From Candidatus Dormiibacterota bacterium (GTDB lineage: Bacteria > Chloroflexota > Dormibacteria > Aeolococcales > Aeolococcaceae), in assembly GCA_035652335.1 (NCBI GenBank), contig DASRDZ010000077.1, positions 17,025 through 81,024 of the forward strand: DNA of 64,000 nucleotides, given 5' to 3'. Both the position numbers and the translations under genes were made by a program. Below, piece after piece: positions 48,424 to 58,659 of the stretch. Under the pieces are notes generated by a model. That model searched no databases. It saw only the letters and a program-made list of their open reading frames with translations, and was not told the origin of the DNA. How positions within the stretch are numbered: position 1 is the stretch's first letter; the number at the start of each line of letters is the position of its first letter.

Positions 48424-48711
48424 TCAGCGGCCGTCCCGCTCCAGGCGCTCCTGGAGCACGACGGTCACGCGCTCTCCTGGCTGCTTGCCGATCGCCCTCT
48501 GCAGGTCGGCCTTGATCGGAAGCTTGTGGCGGCCGTCGCCGAGTGCCATGAAGGAGCTCTGGAAGGCGTGGCCGTCCACCAGGCCGCGCACCTTGACCAG
48601 GCCGCGCGTCCCGAAGTACTCGGCCGAGCCGGGCATGACCACGTAGGTCCAGCCACCCTTGCTCGGGCTCTTCTCCAGGACGGCGTCGAATCGCTTGTCC
48701 AGGGTGGTCAT
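48424..48711 (-). CDS. DUF1905-family small protein
   Basis: [57 protein letters not shown] is the DUF1905 pattern. Confidence 0.65.
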   Translation of the reverse strand: MTTLDKRFDAVLEKSPSKGGWTYVVMPGSAEYFGTRGLVKVRGLVDGHAFQSSFMALGDGRHKLPIKADLQRAIGKQPGERVTVVLQERLERDGR

Positions 48712-48777
48712 GGGGGCTGTCCTCCGCGTGGCTGCACGTACGCCGTCGATTGTGCAGACGGGCGGTGCTTGGCGAAC

Positions 48778-49455
48778 TCATCGGGCCGAGGCGGCCGCAC
48801 GGTGCAGGAATCGAAGGCACTCGGAGTCTCCGAGAAGCTCGAGGCGGCGCCACAGAACCGGGTTGTGCGTCGACTGACTTGCGTGGCAGGCGATGGCACG
48901 GTGCTGTCGCTGCCGATCGACGGTCTGACGCACGTCCAGCTCAGCGTCGGGACGTCCCACGAACGACGCGCTGAATTCCTCGTTGAGGACCTTCGCCGTG
49001 TCCTCGGGCAGCGCCCAGGCCAGGACGTCGATCGCTGCTGACCGACCGACCGACACGGCCGCCTCGGTGGCGCGTTGGTGATCGGGATGGCCGGTGATCC
49101 CGCCCTCGTCGAAGACCAGGAGCAGGTCGGCGCCGGCGTCGCGAGCGGTGTGAGCAACGTGCCCGGCGAGCTCGGCGACGGTGATCGTGGCGAGCTGTCC
49201 GTCGGCATAGTCGAGCAGGCGAGCCCGCGTGGCTCCGAGCATCGCCGCCGCCCGTTCGAACTCCTGCGCGCGCACCTCTCGAAGCTCGCCCAAGGTCTCG
49301 GACAGGGTCGACGCTTCGCCATGCGTGAAGCACAGGATCGACATCTCCGCGCCCGCCGCGCCGAAGGCGTCCAGCACTGCGCCGAGGCCGAAGGATTCGT
49401 CGTCGGGATGCGCCACCACGGCGAGGACTCGCCGATACCCCGAAAGAGCGGACAT
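48778..49455 (-). CDS. PIG-L/LmbE-family deacetylase (second copy in window)
   Basis: LAVVAHPDDESFGLG...GHPDHQRATEA. Confidence 0.8.
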   Translation of the reverse strand: MSALSGYRRVLAVVAHPDDESFGLGAVLDAFGAAGAEMSILCFTHGEASTLSETLGELREVRAQEFERAAAMLGATRARLLDYADGQLATITVAELAGHVAHTARDAGADLLLVFDEGGITGHPDHQRATEAAVSVGRSAAIDVLAWALPEDTAKVLNEEFSASFVGRPDAELDVRQTVDRQRQHRAIACHASQSTHNPVLWRRLELLGDSECLRFLHRAAASAR

Positions 49456-49518
49456 GGCGCAACTCTAGGCGTCCGTCGGGACCCGCCGGGATCGATGATC
49501 CGACACGTTGCGGCGGCC

Positions 49519-50778
49519 TCAGCGGGAGACGGGCGTTTCCCGCCCTGGTGCCACACGCTCGAAGAAGGACCGCCACCCGTCGGTCGGGACGCCGATCAGG
49601 CGCAGCCAGCGGCCTCTGCCGCCGCCCTCGGCCTCGATGAGCCCGAAGATGCTCCCGAGCAGGAGGGACCGCTGCGTCTCGTCCGCAGCCTCCCACGCCG
49701 CGAGCAGGTCGACCACCTGGCGCTGGCACCACTCCACGTCGCCGACGCCCTCGCGAGCCGCGGCCTCGTCGCGGATGCGCTGCTGCTCGGCACGGATGTC
49801 CTCGCGCTTGGCGAGGAAGGTGCCCCAGTCGTCCTCTCCGAACTCGTACAGGCGCTTGGCGCGGGCCAACTGCTCGTCCAGGCGCCGGATGGCGGCCTCG
49901 GCGGGCTGCCGGGGATCGGCCGGCTTGCCCACCGCCTCCCGCAGAATCCCGCGGTAGACCTCATCCACCTGGCCGCCGGGCAGGCAGCGGTAAAGCTCTT
50001 GGCGGATGGCCTCCTCAATGCGTGCCGCGCTGATCCACGATGCCGAGCACCGGATGGTCGCCGCCGGGTAGGCGGCTGAGCGGTTCCGCCGCGCCTGATG
50101 GCAGGCGTAGTAGAGGTAGACCTGACCGTCCCGGCTCACCGATTCGCCGTGCATGGTGCCGCCGCACTTGGCGCAGCGAAGGATCGGGGTGAGCGGATAG
50201 CTCCAGTGCTTGCGCACCGGGCTGTTGCAGCGCCGGTTGCGGACCCGGACGCTCTGACAGGCGTCCCAGGTCTCCTGATCCACCAGGGCAGGATGCCTGC
50301 CCTCGATCCATTGCTCGTCGCCGCTTCGCCAGCGGGTGACGCGGACCAGCCCTAGGTACACCCGGTTCTTGAGGATGTCCTTCACCACGTCGCCCGTGAA
50401 GATGACGGCCTGCGGGCGGCTGTGGTTCTCCTTCTTCGGCCCGCGCGCAGGCTTGATCCCCTGGCGGTTCAGATGGCCTGCCAAGTGCTCGAAGCTGTAG
50501 CGGCCCGTGGCGTAGAGGGTGAAGATGATGCGGATCACGGGCGCCGCGTCGGGGTCCTCCACCACGTCGCCGTCGACGCGCATGTAGCCCTGCGGGATGA
50601 CGCCGAGGAGGACGCCCTGCCGCTTCAGGAACGCCAGGTTGTCACGCACCTTGCGGGCGATCTTCTCCCGTTCCTCCTGCGCGAAGATCGCCTTCATCTT
50701 CCACGACAGCTTGTCGGCGTTCGAGATCAGGCCGTGGGCATCGAATACGAGGATGCCGCGCTCGGCCATGTCGGCCAT
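49519..50778 (-). pseudogene. Large serine recombinase. It is N-terminally truncated and lacks the catalytic-Ser subdomain, so it is likely a remnant of an integrated element.
   Basis: It begins inside the resolvase alpha-E region (GILVFDAHGLISNADKLSWKMKAIFAQEEREKIARKVRDNLAFLKRQG). It is followed by a recombinase domain, a zinc ribbon (CAKCGGTMHG..YYACHQ) and a coiled-coil. An in-frame stop lies 4 codons upstream of the first Met, so there is no room for the catalytic N-terminus. Confidence 0.65.
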
Positions 50779-50805
50779 GAAGCGGCTATGTCAACATTCG
50801 CGCAT

Positions 50806-51334
50806 GCGAGAAGCTGGCGACAACACCGCGGAAGTCATGCTCCTGTTGGCTGCGCTCCGGTCATTGAGCGCGGAGGATTGGGCGGGCTTGGGCGAGGCAG
50901 CGAGGCGTCGAGAGACCATTGCGATTGAGGAAGCGTGGGCCGACCCCGTGGACGAGCGTTACTGGGCGGCCAGGGCCAGCCTCGGCGAGATGTGCGACAG
51001 GGTCCGCGACGAGGTTCTGAGGATTGCCGAGGCGGCATTAGAGAGAGCGGAGCCGTCGGCGCGCGACAAGTTGGCAGTGACCGATCTGGCTCTACAAGGC
51101 GATGTTGCCGAGCTCGCGGCCGGGCGGCCCATGACAACGAACGCGGGCGACTTGGTCGCCCACCTCCTGAGGCTTATTAGCGACTTGGACGCTGGCGCGG
51201 TCGCTGCTGCCGACGCGGCCGAGGCCGTCGCTTTGCGGCACCACGTCGATAGCGGGCAAGTGATAAGTCTCCTGAGCGTGATCGCCCACGTTCTGCCACG
51301 CGCGCTGCTTGAGACGCTGGACTTCCCTGCGTAA
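50806..51334 (+). CDS. Hypothetical protein
   Basis: 176-aa ORF with no recognisable motif. Lower-GC codon usage than core genes. Confidence 0.3.
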
Positions 51335-51545
51335 CGCGAATGCTTCCGCCTTGCACTACGAACGTAGCGCCGTAGGTGAAACTGTGTGCAGATGAGGTTG
51401 GGCGGCGAAGGACAGGTGTGGACACGACAGGGGTGTAGTGGATCGGGGCGTGCGGGGAGGCCGGAGAGGGCGGGTGCGGGGACGATGGGGACGATGGCCA
51501 GTAGGGGGGTGCTCTACGGCTGCGGCGTTCAGGCACCCGGGGTGA

Positions 51546-52136
51546 TTAGGCTGCCTGGAGGGCGCTGCCCGCGATCAGGATTTGCATCGTCACCGGCGTC
51601 GGGCAGAGCGCCGCCCCCAGCGGAACGTAGATCGCCGTCGCGGCGCCTGGGAGGGCCGCTGAGCTGAGTTGCTTGCCGTTGCCGCTGATGCTCTCTCCCG
51701 TCAGCAGCAGCACCGCGCCAGCCGCCACGCCCGTCCAAGTGAACACCCCGTTGATGGTGCCGTCCTGGGCTGATGCGTTGCCGTCCGTCACCGAGCCGCC
51801 CGTGATCTGGAAGGTTCCGCCTGCCTCCGAGGTGGCGCCCACCGGACAGACGCCGTTGCTGTAGCCGAACGTCGCCGTTAAGTTCGAGGCCGTTGGGCTC
51901 GTCCACGTTGCGGTCCAGGCGTTGCCAGCGCTGTCGGTCCCTGCGAAGCCGCCAACGAAGGTGCCGGTGAACGACCCTCCGCAATTCTGGACAGAGCACG
52001 GAAAGTCGGCGACTGTTCCTTGGCCGTCGAACGCCCCCCCTCCTGTGACACCTGCATGCACTGGCACTGTTGTCGTAGCCACCACGAGCGGCAAAGCAGC
52101 CACTATTGCCACGAGCTTCCGTCCTCGCTCCCGCAT
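51546..52136 (-). CDS. Secreted Gly/Thr-rich hypothetical protein
   Basis: Signal peptide (MRERGRKLVAIVAALPLVVATTTVPVHA) and a Gly/Thr/Ala beta-rich mature domain. Confidence 0.45.
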   Translation of the reverse strand: MRERGRKLVAIVAALPLVVATTTVPVHAGVTGGGAFDGQGTVADFPCSVQNCGGSFTGTFVGGFAGTDSAGNAWTATWTSPTASNLTATFGYSNGVCPVGATSEAGGTFQITGGSVTDGNASAQDGTINGVFTWTGVAAGAVLLLTGESISGNGKQLSSAALPGAATAIYVPLGAALCPTPVTMQILIAGSALQAA

Positions 52137-52225
52137 TGTCGTCCTCCGCGCCGCGATATGTGAGGCGTCGGCAGGCCGGGCGCATCTTCTGCCAGCGCCT
52201 GCACCGTTGTCTTCACTACCCGCCG

Positions 52226-54103
52226 CTAGGGACAGCGTGTGTGCCAGGTGTCTCCGTCGTCGGCCGAGCAGCGCAATCCACCATCTGCGAGCAACGCAAG
52301 AACTCGACCGCTGGCAGTTTGCATCGTCGACTGAGTCTGCGTCAGCGCAGCATCACGCGAGCTGACATCGTGCCAAACATCATCTTCGGCTGCCTGCCAT
52401 GCCACGCCCTTTCCAGTACTGCCTGCCCGCAGATAGGTCAGCCACAGCCGATCGCCGCTCACCGTCACGGCGATGGGCGAGGTGCCAGGTGGCAACGGGA
52501 CAGCCTCGAAATCTCGCCCTCCATCCACGGAGTCTGCGATGCCTGCGGCCGACCACACTGCCGTCACGCGGCTGTCGGCCGCCGCCGCGATCGCTCTCGC
52601 CGAGCTGCTCCCGACCGACTGCACCGCACAGCGGCTTACCGTCCCACCACAGGCCATCACCGTCGGTGTCGCGGCTCCGGGCGGCACCGTCCCGTCCGCG
52701 ACGTCGACGCTGAACGGCGGGGCCAGCACCACCAGGGCGGCGCCGCTCTGCCGCATCGCCGGGTTGATGCTGGCTGGGTTCCCGATTGCGGGGTACGCCA
52801 GCACCAGCTGCGGAGCCGCCCCGCCGCCCGGTTGGACGCTCAGTACACCGCTCGCTGCCGCCACGTAGAGTCGGTCGTCGCCGTTGTCGAACCCGGCTGC
52901 CAGCGCAATCCCGCCGGGCGGAGTTCCCAATGGTTCCGCCGGCGCCCCGAACCAGGGAACCACGTAGGTGGTCAGGCCCCCGACGGCGCTGCTTCCGAGG
53001 AAAATCCGTGGGTCTGCGGGAAATCGGGGCGGGAGCACGACCTGCACCGCGTCAGAGGGCGCAGGCAAGGGCGCTGCGCGCCATGACCTGCCTCCATCGG
53101 CGCTGAGGAGCAGCACCGAGCACGCGCATGCCCTCCCCTGGCCCAAGGCGACGACGGCTGGTTCGCTCAGATCGTCGGTTGCTGCGAAGCTCTGGATATG
53201 CGTGTCCTCCGGTGTCTCCGTCGCCGCCGTGCGATCGGGGAGCAACGCGGCGCCGGCCCCACCGTCCGGACCGTCGCGGCCTGGTCCGGGGGCACCGGTT
53301 GCGAGGGCGACTGCCGGGGCCACGTGGCCCTGGTGCTCCTTGGCGGCCGGTGCCGTTCTTGTGGGGCTCATACTCGCCGACACCTTGGCAATCGCTACGG
53401 GGCTAATGCTCTCCGTCGAGGCGGCCGGCGCAGCTAACGCGAGCATCACACCGAAGCTGGCGGCGAGCTGTCCCAGCGAGTCGAACGCGGGCAAGGCAGA
53501 TGCCGCCTCTGGCGCCAGGGGTCGCCGTGCCCGGCGCAGCAGTCGCCGGGCCAGGCCCGCGCCAAAGGCGAACACTCCTCGCTTCTGCGGGAAACGGTCG
53601 GGGAACCACGCCCGCAGGCGGTCGCGCCCGCGAAGCAGTCGCATTCGAGCGGTCTGTGGAGCCACGCCTAGGTGGGTCGCGATCTGGCGGGGCGTCATGC
53701 CCGCGACGGCATGGAGGCGCATTGCCTCTCGCTCGGCCGGAGGAAACGCGTCGAGAGTCGCGACGACCTCGGGATCGAGGGTCTTCAGGACCGAATCAGT
53801 CGGCACCTGCGGCTGCCGCGGCAATTCCTCGGCCGCGATCCGCGCCCGCGCCCGATAGAGCTGTTGACGGAATCTGTGCATCAGCCACGGCAGCGAGTGG
53901 TCATGCTGCCGGGGTTCCGCGAGAGCGCCCATGCGCTGAAGGAAAGCGTCGATCTCCCGATCCACCTCCGGGCGGTCCCCCAGCTGGATCACCGCCTGCT
54001 CGCGAAACAGGGCGCGGTAGTCGCCGAGCACGCTGCGCAGCTCGGCGGCGCTTGCCACTGGGACGACGGGCAGGGCTTGCCGCACTCGCCGCATCTGCCG
54101 CAC
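52226..54103 (-). CDS. Single-chain fusion: ECF sigma factor (regions 2 and 4), a transmembrane helix, and an extracytoplasmic BNR/Asp-box beta-propeller-like domain
   Basis: N-terminal sigma motifs (LPWLMHRFRQQLYRARARI; EREAMRLHAVAGMTPRQIATHLGVAPQTARMRLLRGRDRLRA). TM segment LGQLAASFGVMLALAAPAAS. The C-terminal domain carries Asp-box repeats (SADGGRSW, SVDGGRDF, SADDGDTW). One uninterrupted 625-aa frame. Confidence 0.6.
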   Translation of the reverse strand: MRQMRRVRQALPVVPVASAAELRSVLGDYRALFREQAVIQLGDRPEVDREIDAFLQRMGALAEPRQHDHSLPWLMHRFRQQLYRARARIAAEELPRQPQVPTDSVLKTLDPEVVATLDAFPPAEREAMRLHAVAGMTPRQIATHLGVAPQTARMRLLRGRDRLRAWFPDRFPQKRGVFAFGAGLARRLLRRARRPLAPEAASALPAFDSLGQLAASFGVMLALAAPAASTESISPVAIAKVSASMSPTRTAPAAKEHQGHVAPAVALATGAPGPGRDGPDGGAGAALLPDRTAATETPEDTHIQSFAATDDLSEPAVVALGQGRACACSVLLLSADGGRSWRAAPLPAPSDAVQVVLPPRFPADPRIFLGSSAVGGLTTYVVPWFGAPAEPLGTPPGGIALAAGFDNGDDRLYVAAASGVLSVQPGGGAAPQLVLAYPAIGNPASINPAMRQSGAALVVLAPPFSVDVADGTVPPGAATPTVMACGGTVSRCAVQSVGSSSARAIAAAADSRVTAVWSAAGIADSVDGGRDFEAVPLPPGTSPIAVTVSGDRLWLTYLRAGSTGKGVAWQAAEDDVWHDVSSRDAALTQTQSTMQTASGRVLALLADGGLRCSADDGDTWHTRCP

Positions 54104-54771
54104 GCGCCCTCACGCCTCCGCTTCCATCCAGCCGCAGCACGGAGCGAGACACCCACCCGGGCGCTCGCGCGCCGTCATCACCGGCTCGACCAAACTCCTT
54201 CTCGCGGCCGAGCCGCACTGATTTAACGGGACAGCCGCCGCTTGTCCGGCGTGTCGCGGTGGGGCGTTGCGCCTGACCCGCGGTCTACTCGGGAAAGGCA
54301 GCGAAGTTCGTCAATCCGAACTAAATGTGCAATTCCTGTGGCCGCTAATCCGTCACATGCTCAGACGGTCCCCGGCGCCCCGTCCCAGGGATTGCCGCCC
54401 ACTCGGGCGGCCCTGGGCGAGCGGTTGGGGCCACGATCGGCGGGCAAGCGCCCGGCGGGAGGTTCGCAGTGGCGGTCACGTTGGCGGGGAGAGGGGACGT
54501 GGCACGGTGCTCGGCATTGGCGCTCCGCGTCCCGTGCCTGGTACCCATGCGTCCCGCGGCAGGGAAGCGCCCGGAAGGGAACGGGCCCCTCATGCGGTAG
54601 GCCGCCGCGCGGGGCATGGTGCCACTCCCAGCTATGGGGCGGCGCCTCGGCGGGCAGCAGAACGCCGAGGCAGCGAAGCCACCCCGGCGCCGCTGACAAA
54701 CCCGGAGAGGCCGCATCGGCCGTGAAACCTCGTCGGCCGCCGGGTAATCAACCTCTTGTAGGAGAACATAA

Positions 54772-55878
54772 ATGCTTCTAAGGAAGCGAGTCCTGGAGGT
54801 GCCAACCCCGGACGCCGGGGACCGAGACTTCAGCGCGGCAATTCCGAGTGGTTCAACTCGGCCGCGGTGGCGACGTCGCCGCCGGGCCACCCTGTTCGCG
54901 CTGTCCGGCACGGTTGCTACGCTCATCGCCCTATTGGCGGTGAGCGGTGCGCCCCGACCGGCGCTGGCCTTCAACCTCGAAGGCTTCATGTGGCGCAACG
55001 CACACACGGACATGATTCCGAACACCAGCGACCCGGCGTTGCCGCAGTGGATGGTCAACGACGTCAGCGACGGTGCGGAGTTGTGGACCGATACCAACAC
55101 TCCCGTTCAAGTCCAGGTCTACAACAACAGTACCGGCACCACGTACCAGGCGTACTATTGGGCGTACAACGACGCCAATGACAGCAGCTCGGGCGTCGGC
55201 GGTTGCGACTACGAAGAGACGGATCAGCAAGACGGCCACAGCGTGACCTACTGCAACGACGCCTACGCCGAGTACAACATGTGTACCTACTCCGGCAACG
55301 GCTCGTGCCTTGGTGACCGGCAAGGCTCGAATGCAGCGAAGGCGACCGCTGCTCATGAGATCGGCCACGTCATCGGGCTGGCGCATTCCTGCGACAACAA
55401 CTCCCTGATGGCAGGCACCAGTTGCAACAACACTCCCTATTCCTGCCCGAGTGAAAGCAACTGCATCGTGTCTCCACAGACGGATGACGTCAACGGTGTG
55501 AACGACATCTACGGGCAATACGACTACTCGGGGCCGTCCTGCCAATTTGTCCAGGGAAGCATCAGCCCCACCAACCCGGGCGGCATTCAGCCGAAGGTAC
55601 CGCCCCTTCCCAACCCGTCCACCATTGGGCAGAACGAGATCGTCAACGGACCGGGCGGACCCGTCGGGTGGGTCAACGACCAGGAGATAGGCACCGTCCC
55701 TGCAACGCCCAATGTGCAGCCGACGCAAACCGGCCAACTCCAAGCGGCAAGCGCCGAAGAGACGGTGTTCTGGTGGATCGCGAACTGGGGCCAGTCGCCT
55801 GTCATCGTGCAGAAGACGATCGGCAAGGTGGTCGGCGTCTCAGCCGGTGGCGGCTCTACCACAGCGAGCGCTTGCTGA
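54772..55878 (+). CDS. Secreted zinc metalloprotease, metzincin (matrixin/M10-like)
   Basis: Signal peptide after an RRRRRATLFALSG run. HEIGHVIGLAH zinc-binding motif with a downstream Met-turn (SLMAG). AGGAG RBS. Confidence 0.75.
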   Translation: MLLRKRVLEVPTPDAGDRDFSAAIPSGSTRPRWRRRRRATLFALSGTVATLIALLAVSGAPRPALAFNLEGFMWRNAHTDMIPNTSDPALPQWMVNDVSDGAELWTDTNTPVQVQVYNNSTGTTYQAYYWAYNDANDSSSGVGGCDYEETDQQDGHSVTYCNDAYAEYNMCTYSGNGSCLGDRQGSNAAKATAAHEIGHVIGLAHSCDNNSLMAGTSCNNTPYSCPSESNCIVSPQTDDVNGVNDIYGQYDYSGPSCQFVQGSISPTNPGGIQPKVPPLPNPSTIGQNEIVNGPGGPVGWVNDQEIGTVPATPNVQPTQTGQLQAASAEETVFWWIANWGQSPVIVQKTIGKVVGVSAGGGSTTASAC

Positions 55879-55885
55879 GGGGATC

Positions 55886-56704
55886 ATGCCAATGCGACGC
55901 TCTGTGATCCTCCGTACGACCGTGGGGCTATTTGTGGTGACCAGCGCGTCGCTCGCGGCCATCGCCCTCGCTCGGGCGCATGGCGACCAGGTTGGCAGGG
56001 AGGCGGCTTCGGCCGCCTCCGTCACCCCCAGCAGCCATACTCCATCGCCTATGTCGGCGGAACCGGGCCCCCCGCCACCGCCGTTCCCGGCCGCTGCGCA
56101 CAGTTCACAGCCGACTGGCTTCTTCGCGGATCCTAAAGCCACCCGGCCGCTGCCCTGCGGCGGCGGAAACAATCACGGGGAGATCGCGGCAACGCCGGGC
56201 GAGGGCTGGCCGGCGACGCTCAAGGCGCTCTACGCCCAGTCGGACCTCGTGGTCGTGGCAACCGCCGCGCAGCAGATCGGCTTTTGGGAGAAGCGGCCGG
56301 AAAGCACATCGTCCGGGCCTCCCGTGTTCCGCGAGTATCGGGCAAGGACGACAACCAATCTCCACGTCACCCGCGTCATCAAGGGGACCGCGGTCCCTTG
56401 GGTGCAAATTACTGATGAGGGCGCACTGTCCTCAGAAATCTCCACGTGTCCAAACCTGACTTACCAGGTGAGCAACGAACCGCTGCCAGCGCTCGGCCAG
56501 CAGTACATCCTATTTCTACAACACACCGTTCCCGGCACGACAACTGCCGAGGGCGCAACGCTCTTTGACAAGTACGCTTCCTGGGATCGCTTCCCGATAC
56601 TCTCCGACAGCATGGTGCACAGCGAAAGGGATGTGCATCCTGCGGCAGTGGCGCTCTCACTGCAACCCGAGTCGTTGGAAGCCTTCATCGCCTCCCTCAA
56701 CTGA
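55886..56704 (+). CDS. Secreted hypothetical protein
   Basis: Signal peptide (MPMRRSVILRTTVGLFVVTSASLAAIALARA) and a Pro-rich linker (EPGPPPPPFP). Its start is 8 nt after the protease stop. Confidence 0.5.
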   Translation: MPMRRSVILRTTVGLFVVTSASLAAIALARAHGDQVGREAASAASVTPSSHTPSPMSAEPGPPPPPFPAAAHSSQPTGFFADPKATRPLPCGGGNNHGEIAATPGEGWPATLKALYAQSDLVVVATAAQQIGFWEKRPESTSSGPPVFREYRARTTTNLHVTRVIKGTAVPWVQITDEGALSSEISTCPNLTYQVSNEPLPALGQQYILFLQHTVPGTTTAEGATLFDKYASWDRFPILSDSMVHSERDVHPAAVALSLQPESLEAFIASLN

Positions 56705-56842
56705 GGCGCGAATTTCTCGTACCCGGCTTCTTGGCGAACCGGGGTGCGTACGCGCTCAAACTCAATCACCGAGTCGCTGGACGCAGCGGCACATCGGCGC
56801 CGACGATCCTGTGGGAGAACGGCGCATTAGGAGTTACCTACT

Positions 56843-57490
56843 ATGACAAAGGTACGCGCAAGCATGGCCGTCGCCCTGCTCGTAGCTCTGCAACTTGGCC
56901 CGGTACGGCCCGTCCTGGCATCGACGAATCCCGCCGTTGCGGTCCTCGCGTTCAGTGCGGTTGTCACATACAATCCACCGGCCACGGTGCTCCCGGAGGC
57001 CGTCCAGACCGTGGCCTACCCGCCAGACTGCCTCCCGACGCTTGGCAGTGGACGAGAGATCGTCAACGGCAGCGCCGCCGGGATGAACACCAGCACTGTC
57101 GTCGCCCAACTCGATCCCATACCAGGGGTGGGAACCGCCACGTTCTCACTGAGCGAACCCACCGAGACGACCACGTGTGACAACATCACGCTCGGAGAGT
57201 TCAATGTCGCCGGTTCGATGCAGCATGTAGCAATACCTGTTCCCGCGCCGCTCGTCCTTACAGATTGCAACTTCGCGCTGGAGGACATGTCCCACAAGGG
57301 TGCCGTCCTCGAAGGCCAAACCAGTCAGCAGGTGGAAGACACCTGCACAGCGAATGGACAGAGTCCGATCCCGGTTGTTGCGAACTGGTACGGGACATAT
57401 ACGCCTGCCCCGACAGACGCCAGCGGCCGCGTCTCCACTGCCGTCATCGCAGGTATCCTGACCCTCTACATCGGCGGTCCACTGGGGTAG
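56843..57490 (+). CDS. Secreted hypothetical protein
   Basis: AGGAG RBS. Signal peptide MTKVRASMAVALLVALQLGPVRPVLA. Thr/Cys-containing mature domain. Confidence 0.5.
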   Translation: MTKVRASMAVALLVALQLGPVRPVLASTNPAVAVLAFSAVVTYNPPATVLPEAVQTVAYPPDCLPTLGSGREIVNGSAAGMNTSTVVAQLDPIPGVGTATFSLSEPTETTTCDNITLGEFNVAGSMQHVAIPVPAPLVLTDCNFALEDMSHKGAVLEGQTSQQVEDTCTANGQSPIPVVANWYGTYTPAPTDASGRVSTAVIAGILTLYIGGPLG

Positions 57491-57664
57491 CGGGTGGCGG
57501 GGATGCCTTCGGGGTACAACTCCGAAGGCATCCCACTGGTTCGCAACGGCCGGCCGACGCAACTGGCCCACCATCGGGCCAAAGCGTTCGTCTGAGCACC
57601 CGCACCACCACTGTGCACCGGCAAGCGCGGTCGCTCCACTCTCTCCTACGGACGGTATATGCGC

Positions 57665-58190
57665 CTACTCGTCAGATGCTTCGGCGCGCCCTGACCTCGC
57701 TGCGCGGTGGGCGGTTCTCCTCGCACATCGAGACCTCGCCATTGGTGTCACGAGGGGCCGTGTCAGCGACGGTGTCCGTGGGCGCCGTGGAAGTGCCCGG
57801 ATCGCCGCGATCACCCGGGCAACGTCAGTCCGTAGCTCTACGACCGTCTCTGGCGATGCGGAGTGCGCTTCGAGGTTCATGGCGAGCAGCGGCAGGCGGT
57901 CGTCTCCACGTCGTCGGTGACGCGTCTTGTCGACGGCACGGTGGAGAGCCGTACGAAGCAGCAGCCCACGTACGCGATCGGGGTCCAAGTCCTCGCGCTG
58001 GACGAGCCGAAGCATCGCATCGTGGACGCAATCCTCCGCGTCATGGAAGTGCTTACCCTACGCCTTCTGCGGGCCTGAGCCGTCGCGAGACTGCCGCCGC
58101 CTTGGGCGTCTCTCTCAAGTCGGTTGAAACGGCCTATACGCGGGGTGTGCAGGATCTCCGAGCACGTCTTGACGGCGATGCTCGGCCGTC
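57665..58190. pseudogene. Fragmentary ECF sigma-factor remnants
   Basis: Region-4-like motifs on the + strand, ALDEPKHRIVDAILRVMEV (to 58078) then LSRRETAAALGVSLKSVETAYTRGVQDLRARL (58080-58180), are split by a frameshift. A region-2-like ORF lies on the - strand (57665-58015: LVQREDLDPDRVRGLLLRTALHRAVDKTRHRRR). No intact sigma ORF exists. Confidence 0.3.
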
Positions 58191-58451
58191 AAGGGTGCGT
58201 TGGCGCCGCTGACCCGGGGGGCGTTGGAATCGCCGGTCACCTAGAGGGGCCAGGCACGCCCGGCAGCGGGTGCCGTCCCAGCTTCACCAGCCCGCCGCCC
58301 GGGCCAGCTCCCCCAGGCGCTCGAGCAGGTCCAATAGGTTGGAATACGCTCCAGTCTGTAGCGGGAGACTGCGGACTCGAACTCAAGGCGGGCGGTGTTG
58401 AAGGGAGTGAGCCGGGACGCCAAGATCGCGTCCCGGCGTCACTCGGACGTC

Positions 58452-58640
58452 CTAACCGTTCTCGTCGGGTACGTCCGCGCCCTTCTTGATGGTCGTGGCG
58501 AGGTGATCTGTCGCACGCACGGCACGCGGTGGCGGCTCACCCCCGCGGAACTGAGCGGCGAGGTGCGACGTGTCCACGACCGGGCGCGGGACGGGCGGGG
58601 GCGCCTTCGGCGTCGGCGAACTGGGATCCGGTTTGGTCAA
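58452..58640 (-). CDS. Small Pro-rich hypothetical protein, co-transcribed downstream of the membrane protein
   Basis: TTG start preceded by AAAGGAG at 6 nt, 20 nt after the upstream stop. 62 aa, Pro/Ala-rich. Confidence 0.35.
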   Translation of the reverse strand: MTKPDPSSPTPKAPPPVPRPVVDTSHLAAQFRGGEPPPRAVRATDHLATTIKKGADVPDENG

Positions 58641-58659
58641 GTCGATCTCCTTTAGGCAA

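Noticed and set aside
51386-51540. G-run-rich stretch (GGGG repeats) that might form G-quadruplexes or be a repeat
   Set aside because: No periodicity or direct repeats are evident. It lies in an intergenic or low-confidence region of the island and could simply be compositional.
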